Source: Macrostomum lignano (lineage: Eukaryota). From it: DNA of 64,000 nt. Shown one piece after another: positions 21,481 to 36,585 of the stretch. The stretch covers positions 186,001 to 250,000 of the forward strand of contig NIVC01000932.1 in assembly GCA_002269645.1 (NCBI GenBank). The letters run 5' to 3'. Every line of letters starts with the position of its first letter. The first letter of the stretch is position 1. Both the position numbers and the translations under genes were made by a program. The notes below the pieces were generated by a model. It did not search any database and was not told the origin of the DNA. It was given only the letters and a program-made list of their open reading frames with translations.

Positions 21481-24347
21481 GTTGCGCCACTTACTTTGCT
21501 AACTCGTCCGCTCTGGTTATTGCATTTAGAGAATACTAAATGCACTGGCAACACGACAAAATACCCTCCTTATCGGCCTCTTACCCATTTCTAAAAAATC
21601 GAGTGCAGCATCCTTCTACAGTTTGGTTTTTCAGCTATAATCTAAAGTTCGAAATCATATTTGATACATATCGATGTTCTGGATCAAACTTTCATTATAA
21701 TAGTTGAGGCTTTCAAATAGTTAACGAACAGTTAAGCTAATAGTTAACCACGAGAAGCCTGATGGTAAGCAGTGCTTACCATGGCCCAACTCAACTTTCT
21801 GCCGACCAGAGTAAATTAAATTCTATGGCTAAATTGGTAGTATCCGTTCTTGCCGGATATGGTAAGCACTGCTTACCATGAGTATTCTAGGTTTTCTTGT
21901 TTTCTGACAATTATAGGCTTTGTATTCTACATTCTTAATTATTTCGTCAGTAACGTTCCTTTGTGCTTTGGTTCAAAAACACACATTTTGTTCGAAGAGG
22001 CTTCAATAAAGTTTGAAATCGAATTTACTAATAACAGAGTTAAACAACAAAAACGAGAATGAAAAATCTGATAATATTCTGGCTGATCGAACTCTGCGCA
22101 TACAGAGCGTACGGCTCGTGCACTACAGAAACTATAACTAGTGAAACTATTGTTAAGTAGGAGTCGAGGCTTGCTTCACTGTCAGAGGTCATGTATTCGA
22201 TCTCAGAGGCAGAAGCCATGTACTTTAGGATATCAGTGAGTAAATACTGTGTCAAATTTAGCGAGAAAAGGCTAACAAACAAGATGGTAAGAGTGTTACT
22301 GTAGGAAAGCTAGTTTTACTACAAAGGGGACTTGCTGTATGAGCACAGATTTCTATGGTAAGCAGCGCATACCAAGCAGGCAGCAAGTGAAACTGTTTTA
22401 TTGGCTAAAGCAGTAGTGCTGTTCATTTCCTTCCCGTCTAGCGCGTCAGTTTGAGCCAAACTGGATCAGTATGCCTAGCCGGCAGGAATGGTAGTGACAT
22501 GCTATGCAAGAAAATATCTATGGTAAGCACTGCTTACCAAGCAGTCGGGAACAGACAAATTATGGATTCTGGTTAGGCAGGAAGAGGAATTTTAAGCTGA
22601 CACTTTCAAATAAATAAGCCGGATGTATTTCTGCAGATCGAGGAATCGCATATTTATTTAAAATTGAACTGAAATCATGTGTATGAGTATTATTCGTAAG
22701 GCAATATAGTAAACTTGGATATCTACACAATTGAATAAGCAGCAGTTAACATTGATCGATTTGTTTTAACCAGCTCGCGCAGTTTTAGCTGCTGTCGACC
22801 GGGGCTACGCTCGTACCTGGAATTGGTTAATTGAGATGTTTTATGCACAGATTAATTTTTACCAAGTGCACATTAGATAGCTACATATGCGCAGAATCGG
22901 GGATTTAGGGAATATTTAGTTGGTCTCCGCTTCAAGCATTTCCCGCCCGGTTGATACGTTGAGGTTGTCTGGTGCCAGCGCCAGAGACCGCCTGCGTGAT
23001 GCTACCAGGACGGCTAATTGGCGTCCCTGGCTGGCTGGGAATCGCACCAGAAAACCTGACATATCACGGGGCGAGGCGGCGGCAGCTACTCGGCACTCCA
23101 TCTCGCGCGTTGGCCGCTCGATACACCAGCCGGCAAGCTTATCTACAGAGAGTTCAATTGACTTTGAGCCGTGCCGCTACTGTCGATGCCGAACGAATTC
23201 GCGAATGCTTCTCTCGAGTTACAGCTGGTGGTTGAGGAAGAGAGAGAAAGAAAATACAGAGACCAGAGAGGGAGAGAGACTGGCGGCGTGGATCCGGATA
23301 ATTTGAGCATTTTATAGACACAACTCGAGAGTAGACTTCCCCCTCGCTCCATTCGGTCTGGCCTGTTGCCCGACGCTGAGGGGGTTGAAGGCACAGTCCC
23401 CGGGTGAGGGAGTTCCGTCTAGGATGGAGGTTATGGGGTGCCGCTGTGGGGGAGGGGTAGACGGGGACCGAGGGGGAGCTTGGAGGAAGCAAATTGAGCT
23501 CAGAGGGGCGAGGGGGTGGTTCGAGGATTCGAAGCGCGGGTCTGTGAGGAGTGGCGGCGGCCAGCTGCCAGCGCTTATCGGTCAGATGATAAAGCAGCAG
23601 CAGCAGCAGCAGCAGCAGCACTCGCTAGTCCAAAAGCCGCTGAAGGGAGCCGCTGCCACTACAGAAGGTTCTCCCACTTGTTTAGGAGCGGAACGCATAC
23701 AGCAGATAGGCGGATGAATGCGGGACGGGGGGCAACCAGTGCCAGCTTTGACTGAAGCTCGGAAACACTGGCAGGCACGGAGTCTACATGGCGGGTTGGG
23801 GGTGGGGACTCAAGATGAGAAAGGATACGAGCTCGATTCTGATGGGTGATGATCCAACTGAGCGGTGGAGCGAGAGAGGGGGAGCCATCCAACACAGTTG
23901 CCCCCACCAGATCCACTTGTTGACTTATGGGAATTGGAATAATTTACCCCCACTCCCTTTGCCCAGATCAGCCAGTATCCCAAGCCAGCCCCCCGCAAGT
24001 CTCCCAGAGGGATCCCAGCCCGGTTTTCTAAGCTTAGCCCACCCGGAAGTCAGCCATCATTGCCAAGCTGCGGGGCCCAGCCGCAAACGGATGGCCCACG
24101 GTCGAACCCAGCCAGTCCCAAATGTGATGACCAAGGGCTAATTATTATTCCAAACGATAAAAAACAACGCGACGCAAAAACTACCGCCTGGTCCCTACAT
24201 TTTTTGATAGCGGCCTGGAGGTCACTCTTGACCCCCCCCCCCTGACAGCGCTTATGCTCAATTGGGATTCAGCCTCATCTACATCGAGGGAAGGGAGCGA
24301 AATGAGCAGCGCTGACGGCTCAGTTCCGACCATCTGGCGTCGGCTTA

Positions 24348-24466
<119 letters not shown>

Positions 24467-25051
24467 GGCTTGGCAATCTGCCGGATTCAATGTGAATGAA
24501 GCGGCATTTGGCAAGCGCAAATATATGGAAAAAATATCGAGCACAACGCCCAGTGAGTCTCGAAATTGGAGCTTCCAGCTAAAATGCAGACTAATTCATC
24601 AGCTGTACGAAACTGGCGAGGTGCACCGTAAAATATCTGATATATTCACTGCAGATAGAGGTGCTTTCAGTGAAGCTCGTTTGAGGAGTTTGTACGAGAG
24701 TAACTCCAGAAATCATAAGAAATCATAAGAAAGAAAAAGGCACATTTTTGCTCTAACAAATCGATACGATAGAAAAGTTTTTCAATTTGTTTAGCCGTTT
24801 TTGCAGTTAGCGAAACTGACTACTATTATTTCTTTGCTAAGTAGTATCTTGGATTTTTCTTAAAATTTATCGAAAAAAGCTTTCGAAAATGCATTTAAAA
24901 CTTTTGAGTGAGTGGTTGGCACTATCCCCTTGATGCGTCGGAAAGAATGACGGAGTTAGGAGAGAACTGGTTTACAAAACACCAAAACTGTTTTTCAGGA
25001 GTGCAGACTTCCGAACTGCTTTGTATCATTGAATAGAGTGAAAAATATCAA

Positions 25052-26264
<1,213 letters not shown>

Positions 26265-27057
26265 CTATCGAGGTCTAAACAGCAATTCAGAAAGGAAGGG
26301 TAGCCTGCCAAAGAGAATAATTTAAAGCTACGGTAGTACAAAATGCAGAGCAGATATTGCCTACGGGCGGCTGAACCCGAGGACGCCAGCTGCCTTCAAG
26401 CCATACTGTAATAAAAGCGTCCGAAAATTTCCTCTAATGACTGTTGGGTCAGCTCCGAGCGTCCATTTTCCATGCATCTGCCTCCATGCTCGATAATGCG
26501 CAGCCGAATTCTCTCTCTATGTGTGCTCTGCAGTCTACCCTTAGAATCAGCTGCTGCTGCTGCTGCTGCCGCTGCAGGAATGGATACAAATTCCCAACAA
26601 CCGCAAACCCCTCTTCCATCGCTTCACTCTTCACTAACCTACTGAGCGGAAAGCTAGTAATAGATTTTGTACAGACTGTGCTAGCGCAGAGAGTGGGGGG
26701 GGGAAGGCAGTCCCCCGGGAAGAAATAGGAAGGGGGGAATTAGCTAATTGGACTGACTGGCCGGAGAATACAGAGGAGATAGGTGCGCTCGGGTGGATTT
26801 AACAGATTGAGAAGTTCTCGCCAGTTTACTGCCAGCTATTTCCCCTCTGTCACCGGGACCCATCGTCTTCGCCCTACGGCTCAGCGCTCGCATAGGCAGC
26901 CAAGATAGCTGCTCGAATAGTCATACGAAGAAATCCTCTAGAGGATTTTAATCCCCCTTTTCCTCCCTCTTATTTCATGGCACGTCTGTCGCCTCTACTG
27001 CACCCTCTAAATATATTCCAGAAGGAAATGGATGGGGGAATGGCAGGACAGGGCTCA

Positions 27058-27133
<76 letters not shown>

Positions 27134-27449
27134 AGACTGAGGCAATGCATTTTGTAGATGAAGAGACCGGATGCTGACTGATGATGGGGACTATAGCTTT
27201 ATAGGCATCTCGGGGGGACGAGGAAGAGAATGAGAAGAAAATAATTAACAGCCTGCCTGCCGATGCGAGCGAGCCGTGATATACACTCGCAGAGAGCTTT
27301 TGGAGACAAGCCACCAGAGCAGCATTTCGGTTGGCTGCTGCTGCGAAAAGTGCAGCAGATCGAGTTTTTTTGCTGCGGACAGGTGGCCGAATATTTGCAG
27401 TGTTTTTTGTAGCAAACAGGCCTTTCTATCTGCTTTAGCTATAAAGATA

Positions 27450-27551
27450 TGACTGTCCTCACCGGTAGGTTTGCCTGCAGGGTCGGCAGAAGCAGCACCT
27501 TCTGAACCGGCTGTGGGCAGTTCGACTCGGCGCGGATGATGAGGTGTCGCA
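27450..27551 (-). mobile_element. Short RTE-clade LINE fragment
   Basis: Translates RHLIIRAESNCPQPVQKVLLLPTLQA, colinear with GHVIRAEAYCPEPMQEVLLLTLQA of the 17672 copy. Confidence 0.6.
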
Positions 27552-28941
27552 CTAAAAGTTCGAGTACTATTGTTTAGCCTCAGTACGTCAAGTTGTTCAA
27601 ACGGAAAAGTCATATACATAATCAGTTTTTGCTAGTAAAAATCTAAATTTGCTATTTAATGTAACGCCACACGATAAATTTCTCACAATTCAAGCATTTT
27701 TGCTGCTTCAACTATTCGTATCAGACTTCAGTCATTCAGATACAATGCAGCAGGCCTGTACTAAAGGTAGCTAGCCATCGGATTCCAACGGGCGGATGGG
27801 AAGGGACTGATATTTCTACTGAACAACCAAGGCCACTTTGTACTTTAGATTGCTCAAGCCAGCGGACGAGGCTGCGTGACCCGGCGGTGAGGCATGAGTT
27901 CTGTGTCCTTATTAAGAAAACACAATTTTCTGTCTCCACTTCTCCGATATTCCCCCATTTCCCAGCCGCGGATGCATTGACAGCATTGGCTGATAGAGCG
28001 ACTGCAGATGAACTTAGCAAGCAGTCGCTGGCTGTGTGACTAAACTGACTGCTTCCAGTTGAATTGCTGAAATCAAGCCTACAGAAACTCTTGCTCCCAC
28101 TAGGAGACAATTGACTGGCCGGGCCCCGGCATCCGGGTTTGCATCTGCTAGCTAATTTCTGGGAGCGAGACCCCAAGGGATAGACACAAGTGTGCCGCGC
28201 GTCGGTCAATAGCAATGCATAAATAATCATAATTTGCGCTGAGGAAAGGGGGGCGGCTCTAAAAAACCCTTGGTCTCTCTTTTATTCTCCAGAATTCTCT
28301 CTCAGTACTCAACTTACCCAACTGCGCTCAAATTTCCCAGTTTACCAGTAGGCCCCAACAGTCCTCTGCTCCAGCGCATTCACCGCCTCCCAGCCCACGG
28401 TCCGCCCCTTTAGTTTTTGAATCCTCTCAGACCTGCACTGCGGCTTGCCGTGTTGGACCACCCCCCTACTCCCAGTGCCACCCTTCCCGCTAACCAGGAG
28501 CTCAAAGTCAACCCCCACCCTCATCCAGAACGGGTTGGCCAGCAGGGAGAAAGGGATTCAAAGGCAACCCTAGAGAGTACAGGAAGAGCTCAGTGCTCTG
28601 CCAATGAGGTACTTGAGCAGCTGCATCCTCTGTACCTATCCGCTGCCTCCCTCCTCGGGTCCCCCACCTCTGGTCCAGTGCTTTCCATACTAACCAACAT
28701 TCAGGGAGGGGGGATGAGGGGGGGGCGGGGTCGAGGCTGAGCCCAGGGAGGGGATGTAGGCTGCAGCAAGCGCGCTACGCTACGCAAAGGCAGTTTAAAT
28801 AACGATTGCCGGCAAACAGTGCGCGACGGCTTGCCGCCTGATTTATTCATGCCTTAATCAGCAAAATATCAAGTTGGACTACAGAGGTGACAGGCGTAGG
28901 AGAGCGACAGATTAAGGTAGTTAAGAATTCTTAAAGAGACA

Positions 28942-29970
28942 ATGGATTCGACTGTCACAGTTGTCCTATTTGCCTTAATTTGTCTGTCAGATGTCGGCCA
29001 GCAGACTCAAGCAGGCTTGGTCACTCTACGAGATTCAGAGTAAGTCCGGTTAATTACCCTACCTGCTTTGACTCATCCACAGTTTAGTTTCATAATCGAA
29101 GTGTCACGAATTAAGTCACTGTATCCAACTAACAACAGTTAACAAAGAGAACAAGGAATAACTAACGAAATTAAAATACTTCTCAATTGCATTTCAGCAT
29201 CGATCAGTGGGTTGAGAAAATCTCTAAGGATCTGACCGACTTTCGGACAAAACTTGGAGCGACAAAAATCGAAAAAGTAAACTTTATACTCTGATCTCAT
29301 GCTGGCTCGTAAATACCTTGTATGTTACTTGTAATATTTTATTCTGTACTCAAGCTTATAAGCACTGCTTGAGTTGGTGGTTAGTTAGTAAAAGCTCAAA
29401 TTTGGGAATTGCAAAGTGATATTCACGATAGCCGTGAGAATAGAGTACATTTTATCCTATTGACTTTTATAGAAATCCTTTTAACCAAAGGTAATCTCTC
29501 ACCCTTCTTTTCAGTTATCCCCTCTTTCACTCCTTTCGTCTTTCCCAGGCTTTCTCAATTATCAACGCATAGGCAGAAAAAACTGCCCGCAGCTTTTATA
29601 ACTCAGGCCGTTTAAGGCAAACTGATTGCTACGGCCCGTTGCCTCGTTTCACCTGGATCAAAAGACCCTGTACTCAGTTGCTACTTCTTTAGCCTTTTAT
29701 CTTTTATCAATATTCCATAGTGTTAGCTTGCGGCGAGACAAACGAAAACTGATGGGCAAAGGGTGTTGCTCCCGGGTGGAGGGCGGGGAAAATAAATGCG
29801 GAAAGAGGGAAGAGCTGGGAAGAGAAAGAGTATAGGGCCATCGATTCGACTCTGCGAGTAGTAGTCAGAAATTATAGTCTGCTTTTTCCATTCGGCGCGG
29901 TGGAGCTTAAATTTTCCACTCGTCGAAATCGATTTTCGAGCTGGGCAAGGCGGGTTCCGCTCGCTCTTCC

Positions 29971-30028
<58 letters not shown>

Positions 30029-33000
30029 TACCGCCATTCTCTCTTCATTCGATTTTTTCCTAAAACAAGCGGCCTGATCAACTCGCGGTTAGTTATAAGC
30101 CACGATTTGAGGTTCCGCAGTAGATGCGATAGTTAATACCATGGGGATCTGTCTTAGCAACTGATCTCTGCACAGATATCCGCTTTTGGAAGTTGTATGT
30201 CACTACTATATAAGCCATAGATGTCCACAAACGAAAAAAACTCTGTCTTATTTGTTTGAACCACACACGAGGGGATCTAAAATTGGCTAACGAAGTGATG
30301 TCCTAACTTTAATCTGTAGACTCATTATTGCCGCTTAGGTACTTGGTGTTAAACAATAAAAAAGGTAAAGCTTTAAATTCGCAATGTCATTAACGAAATT
30401 TTGTTAATACTTTTTTACCTGTACGCTTGTAAAACGTTTAACGCCTTAGCTGAAGCTTAAGAGTCGAAGCGTGAGGAATAATCGACCCGTCTGTGCTGTC
30501 CGCAGGCGTTCGTCGATCGCAGAGTCACATCCAGAGTTCAGACGGAGACCGACGCTGGCCAGCTGCTGCAGTCGGTCCGGCGGCGCATTGAAAACCTGCT
30601 CTGGAAGAGTGAGAATAACGTCAAGGTGAGTTTTCGAAGCCACTGGAGGAGCTCTAAATTGGTAATTTCCGCTGAAAAACATTTCTGCGTCAGAGCGGTG
30701 AAAAACCAGTCAAAACCCAGTTTGGTCCTGGCCCTTTTTCGTATTGAGAACTATAAAATTGCGCCTCCGATTGGAAATTCCCATCTGGCACTGTGAAACT
30801 TTAGATTTTTATCAAAAATTCATCCACAACTTCCTTTTAGAACATTCGGATTCAAGCCGAAAAGTCATACGCCAAGTATTCGCCTCAGAACTATTCGGTG
30901 AGTTTCACTATTGGTGTCAGTGAAATTGAGTAGCATTTCATTTAGTAAACTTGTTCATGCATTCAACCAGCTATAGCTTCTTGTTCTCTCAGTGCTCGGA
31001 CTTCACCGCCCATCCATATCTGCGCGCCGCCGCCATCTTGAAGAAGAAGGTCAGTCCTGAAGTCGGCGCCACCGAGACGGCGAAGACAACGGCTGCGCCG
31101 GCCGCGCCGGCCGCGCCCGGGTCCGTGGACTACTGCGTCGAGGAGGCCACGCTGGAGCTCAGTCCGGACCCGCGGCTATACGACGTCGAGACGAATAGAA
31201 AAAACTCCACGTCTCACGTGCCGCCAAATATCTACGATGCGTGTAAGTCACCAGTGCAAATTGCCCATGCTATGGGTTGGCGATGGTCCAGTGATACATT
31301 GAGCTACGAAGGGGATCAATGCACTGAATGCTTCCCTCTTGCAGCCAACGAGATTCTTAACGTTGCCAACTGGACAGGAAGTCTGGACGACGTCTTCATC
31401 GCGAATGCGCAGAAGGACTCTACTCTAAAGTGGCAGTACTTTGGTACTACAGAGGGCATGTTTAAAATCTATCCAGGCATTCAGTGGTACGTTCAAACAA
31501 GGAACTACACGCAGAACGATATGCCAATTGACATGTTCGACTGTAGGACCCAGTATTGGTAAGCCACTGATGCATCAAACTTTGAACAAATAACCTGAAT
31601 ATTCCATTTTTCGATGGGAATAAGCTTAGCCTGGTTTCTTGTGACTTCAATCCCAGGTATTTGCTGGCAGCCACCTATCCGCAGGACATGGTGATCCTCA
31701 TTGACAACAGTGGCTCTATGAAAGGTAGCAGCTCAATAATGGCCAACAAGACTCTGACTGAAATTCTGCACACACTAAATGTTAACGACTTCTTCAATGT
31801 TGTCATGGTAAACATCTTTGAGACAATTCGTCAGTTATCTTATGTTCGAGTGGACAAATAGGCTCTAGTAGTCTAGGCTTCAGAAACTCAATCTCTGATG
31901 CAGAGTTGAACTGTACATTGCATCCCCCTTTGCAGTTCATGAACATGTCCATCAAATACGTGTCGAACGCATTCAATCGTACAATGCTTCAAGCTACAGA
32001 AATGAATAAGAATGTAAGTGACTGAATTCTAGAATATTCTAATACTGGAATTTCATAGTTTCTACTCAAAAAAGCAGAAATCTCGATTCAATGTTACGAG
32101 CTAGTCACGATCCACAGTTTAAAGAACACTTCTATTCGTACAAGTAACCCAATCTCAAGTCAATCCGCATGCAAAACCTCAGACAATCATGGAGCTGATC
32201 AGCAACGATGAGAAAAAGAAGGAATCCGAGCGCCAGTTCTCACCGCAGGGCGTCTCGGACTTTCGCCTGGCCCTAGTTGAAGCATTCGAGCTTTTGCGCA
32301 TGGCCAAGAACCAGTCGGCATCCGCGTCAGCTGGAGGAGTGCAGACAATCATGCTGATCACCGACAGCGCCCCGGAGGATTTTGCTGACCTATTTCAGAA
32401 GTACAACCCGGATGTAAGTAATTTGTTGCGCTCAAGTGAGTCATCGAGCTTGGTCATTGATGAAGATGATAAAGGGTCAATAGTTATGCAAGTTAAGCAT
32501 ATTTGACTGGTTAGTGGGTAAAAACCAAGTAGGTTTTTACCTACTATATTCTGCTAAAGGTAGAATACAGGGTTGAAGTTGCGACTCCCCACAGTCTCGA
32601 CAGTGTAAAAGCTGCAGTGTACACAGCCCTCAGATATGCCAAGCGCTAGCACACCTGCCACCTGCACACCTGGAACTTATGAAAATTAATACACTGTGGA
32701 GACATATCGCAGCATTCCAGTTCGATTGATCCCACTAACAAATCTTGACCACATAGAATCGCATCACGCATCCCAGCCTTTATGCTCATCAATCCCACAG
32801 CAACAAATTCGACTGTTCACTTTCCTGATTGGCCAAGAGGCCACTGACGAGGAGACTGTGAAAGCAATGGCGTGCAGAAATCGCGGCTACTTTGTGCAGA
32901 TTGCCACTCTCGCTGACGTCAAGGAAAACGTTCAGGTGTGTTTCAACTAGTTATCATATATAATTTTTCTAGGCATGTGTCTTACAATGTGATATAAGCA

Positions 33001-36000
33001 GCCTTTATTAGAGACAAGCGGATGAGTGCACCCTGGCGCACTTTAAGCGACATTGTCACACAACCGGCGAGAGGTATTGCTCCCCTGAGCAGGCACACAA
33101 GCGCGCGGATACGTACCCAGTCATACCCACTGGAACACACTCACACAGGAGTGTACAGCGGCCCTAACTTTATTTATCTTTAGGCATGTACACTTCCCTG
33201 TGCCTTGGGGGTTGGTCCTCATGGGCGTTAATTGCACGAGCAGAGCCAAGCCGAGATTCAAATTTAGCCCCAAATGAATGTGACTGCACTTGGAATCGAG
33301 CCTGGGCCGCTGGTATATCAGAGCTAGATCACAAAGCAACGCCCCCCATAGGATCACTAGGCTTCAAACGGTACTACATTTGGACAGGTAGACTTAACGT
33401 ACGTCTAGCAAACTTGCCACCAACTAGCTAGTTCGAACCACGGCGTTGCAGCTGAAAGTCAGCTGTCACTCAACCGGCCTGTTAACAAGGGCAGGACGCG
33501 TCCCCGAATGAATATTTTTTGTGCCTTATGCTTACCCTGTATGGTTTTGACGATCTTTGCGACGCAAAATTAAATAAATTGCAGCGATATGTACCTGTGC
33601 TGGCCAGGACGAACGCTCTGCTCCGAGATTACTTCTTTGTGTGGACTGGAGTTCACCAGAATCAGATTAAAACACAGGTAAGAAGTCAATAATTGTCTGT
33701 GGCTACTTCAGTCATTGTTTTGTAACAAAAAAGATTCCTATAGAATGAAACCATTGTTAACTTGAATTGTGCAAGTCTATCATCATGCAAAGTTATATAC
33801 GTCCTTGAACTATACTCTATGAATATGCTCGCAATTGATTTGGGGCACCAGTGCAGCACTTTGATCTCGCCAGTTCCTATTTATGAGTAAGAGAAAATCA
33901 TATCTCAACATCTGAACCAAATTGCGCCTTCGCGAGAACCCCGAAGCGCCGCCAGCCCACATGTCGGCGGTGCCCCAGGAGGCCCAGACGGGCGGCTTCA
34001 CCGCTTTTCCTCCGCTTACGCCGACAACTGCGGCAGCAAGGGCCGCGGCGGCCAACGCCTCTGTGCTGCCTTCGCCGATATCCACGCCGCAGCCGCCGGG
34101 CAAGCAGCAGCAGCAGCTCCGACTGAAAGGCGACATACCGCAACACCAGAGGAAGGAGGAGGACCCCAGAGTGGTAAAAAAGCGCGATCTAGATTTCATT
34201 CAAGCACAGGTCTAGTAGTCTGTCCTATCTCGCTTCGTTGTTCAATGCACTCTAAACAAGAACCGTGAAAGCACTGTATACTCATCAGTATTAAGGGTGC
34301 AGAGTTGCTGTGTTGTACTTACACTGTATATTTGTACGTATACAGCTAAACAGCTGCTTCGTTAGTAGCCTATCTTTAATAACTCGTGCTGTAATCAACG
34401 GTAAATCTAAATGGTTAATCTACTGATGTATCCTAATTTAGTGAACGCTCTTAGCCGTTAGCAACAGCAAACTCATTAAATGATTGACTTTATTGGTATA
34501 TTTTTGTTTATATTTTTAGTTGCTCTACTTTCAGTAGTATAAAAGCAATATGATTGATGCAAAGATTGCTTTATCATTGCACATTGCGTTTTTGAGCTTC
34601 GTATTATACAAAAGCATTATCTATTAATAACCATAACATTGCATTCTATTGCATTTTTCTACTCGAATTCTGACTGTAACCATGCATGCTATTAATATCC
34701 GTTAAAATCCCACTTTTTATGAAGGCCTCTGCATACAGAAACGTGAGTACAATAGCGGGTCGAGTTGAGGCAGGAAAAATGATTGAGATTTCGTCGCTTA
34801 CTTCATCTGAATGTCGGCTGTTGTTTTGGCAACTAGTATTGTGAAGGCAAAATTAGACAAAACTATGTGCATTTCCTAGAACTTTTTGTGATTCAGAAAC
34901 AGCCATTGAGGCGGTCGATTTTTTTGAGCTCAATATTTAACATCGTTCTTAATGGCTAGATTCCAAAAACCTAAAAAAGCTGATTCTTAGATTTCTAAGC
35001 GGATTTTTTTTATATTTTGCTTCAAATTTAGTGGTTTTAAAGAGTCATTTATGTGCTTGAAGCTTTTCTTTTCTTTGGGTAGACTGTATAGCGTTTTCTA
35101 TTAATATATTTACTTTTCACATGAAAATTCACCAGCTCTATAGCGCATATGCTGAAGCTCTGTGGACCATCTTCTATTTCAGAAGAACAAGCTGTTCGCA
35201 TCGGTGGCTCAGGCTGCTTACGACATTCGCAACCAAACGGTAAACACCTTGCAATAAGTGCAGATTTTACCAGGTTTACAAGGAACCGACACTGGCCTGT
35301 CGCATCCCAAATTTTCCACCAATTTCAAGGTCCAGTATCAAAGTTTGAAAACTTTTTGTTTGCAAAGTTCAGAGGGGCTTGATACGATACTAAGTGAATT
35401 GTGAAGTATTTATGCAGCTTTAAAATGAAACAGGCATTATCTGAATCGGTTGCAGGAAACGGAAGTTGAACGAACTTGAGTGAGAAGGTGCTCTGAAACG
35501 CGCCTATCTGTTGTATAGGCGCAATGAGACTAAACATGCAGACAAATTGGGGTGGAGCAGGCCAGTTTCGCTTTCCTGTCGCAGCTGGTTGATTCAAAAC
35601 TCAGCAAAAACTGAACCGTTCACTACAAAAGGTGTCCGACGGCCTCGGACACCTCATCGGCGTGGCTGGCCTCGACGTACCTGTCAACCAGTTCGAACGA
35701 CTTGGCCCAGCTTGGGAGCTGGGTCTGATGGCCTACATCTTCATGGCTACTAACAATGGTTTTATCTTGTTCCATCCGGAATTCAGGCCGGTCAATGTAA
35801 GACTTGTGTAAAGAAAATTTGGAGACTATTTAAATTAGAGAGTTGAATTGAACAGACAGTAAGTCGGGCGCAGGTGTAGGGCACAAACGGGTATATCTAT
35901 CAGACTAGGGGGGTTGAGTGCAGATAATAAAAGAAGGGGTGGAGGCGAGATTGAGGAGCCAATCAGAAGGCAGCGAGGGAGAGATATAAGAATAACAAGC

Positions 36001-36486
36001 TTGAACTAGGCAGAGAGGGAGAGAGATAAGAATAACAAGCTTGAACTAGGCAGAGAGGGAGAGAGATAAGAATAACAAGCTTGAACTAGGCAGCGAGGGA
36101 GAGAGATAAGAATAACAAGCTTGAACTAGCAGCGAGGGAGAGAGATAAGAATAACAAGCTTGAACTAGGCAGCGAGGGAGAGAGATAAGAATAACAAGCT
36201 TGAACTAGGCAGCGAGGGAGAGAGATAAGAATAACAAGCTTGAACTAGGCAGAGAGGGAGAGAGATAAGAATAACAAGCTTGAACTAGGCAGCGAGGGAG
36301 AGAGATAAGAATAACAAGCTTGAACTAGGCAGAGAGGGAGAGAGATAAGAATAACAAGCTTGAACTAGGCAGCGAGGGAGAGAGATAAGAATAACAAGCT
36401 TGAACTAGGCAGCGAGGGAGAGAGATAAGAATAACAAGCTTGAACTAGGCAGCGAGGGAGAGAGATAAGAATAACAAGCTTGAACT

Positions 36487-36585
<99 letters not shown>

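Noticed and set aside
22916-24245. Overlapping GC-rich ORFs, including a poly-Leu 'signal peptide' (23154-23621) and a possible neuropeptide-like piece (22916-23101)
   Set aside because: The poly-Leu/Gln/Ala comes from a (CAG)n tract; there are no repeated cleavage or amidation motifs and no consistent exon chain. More likely UTR or regulatory sequence.
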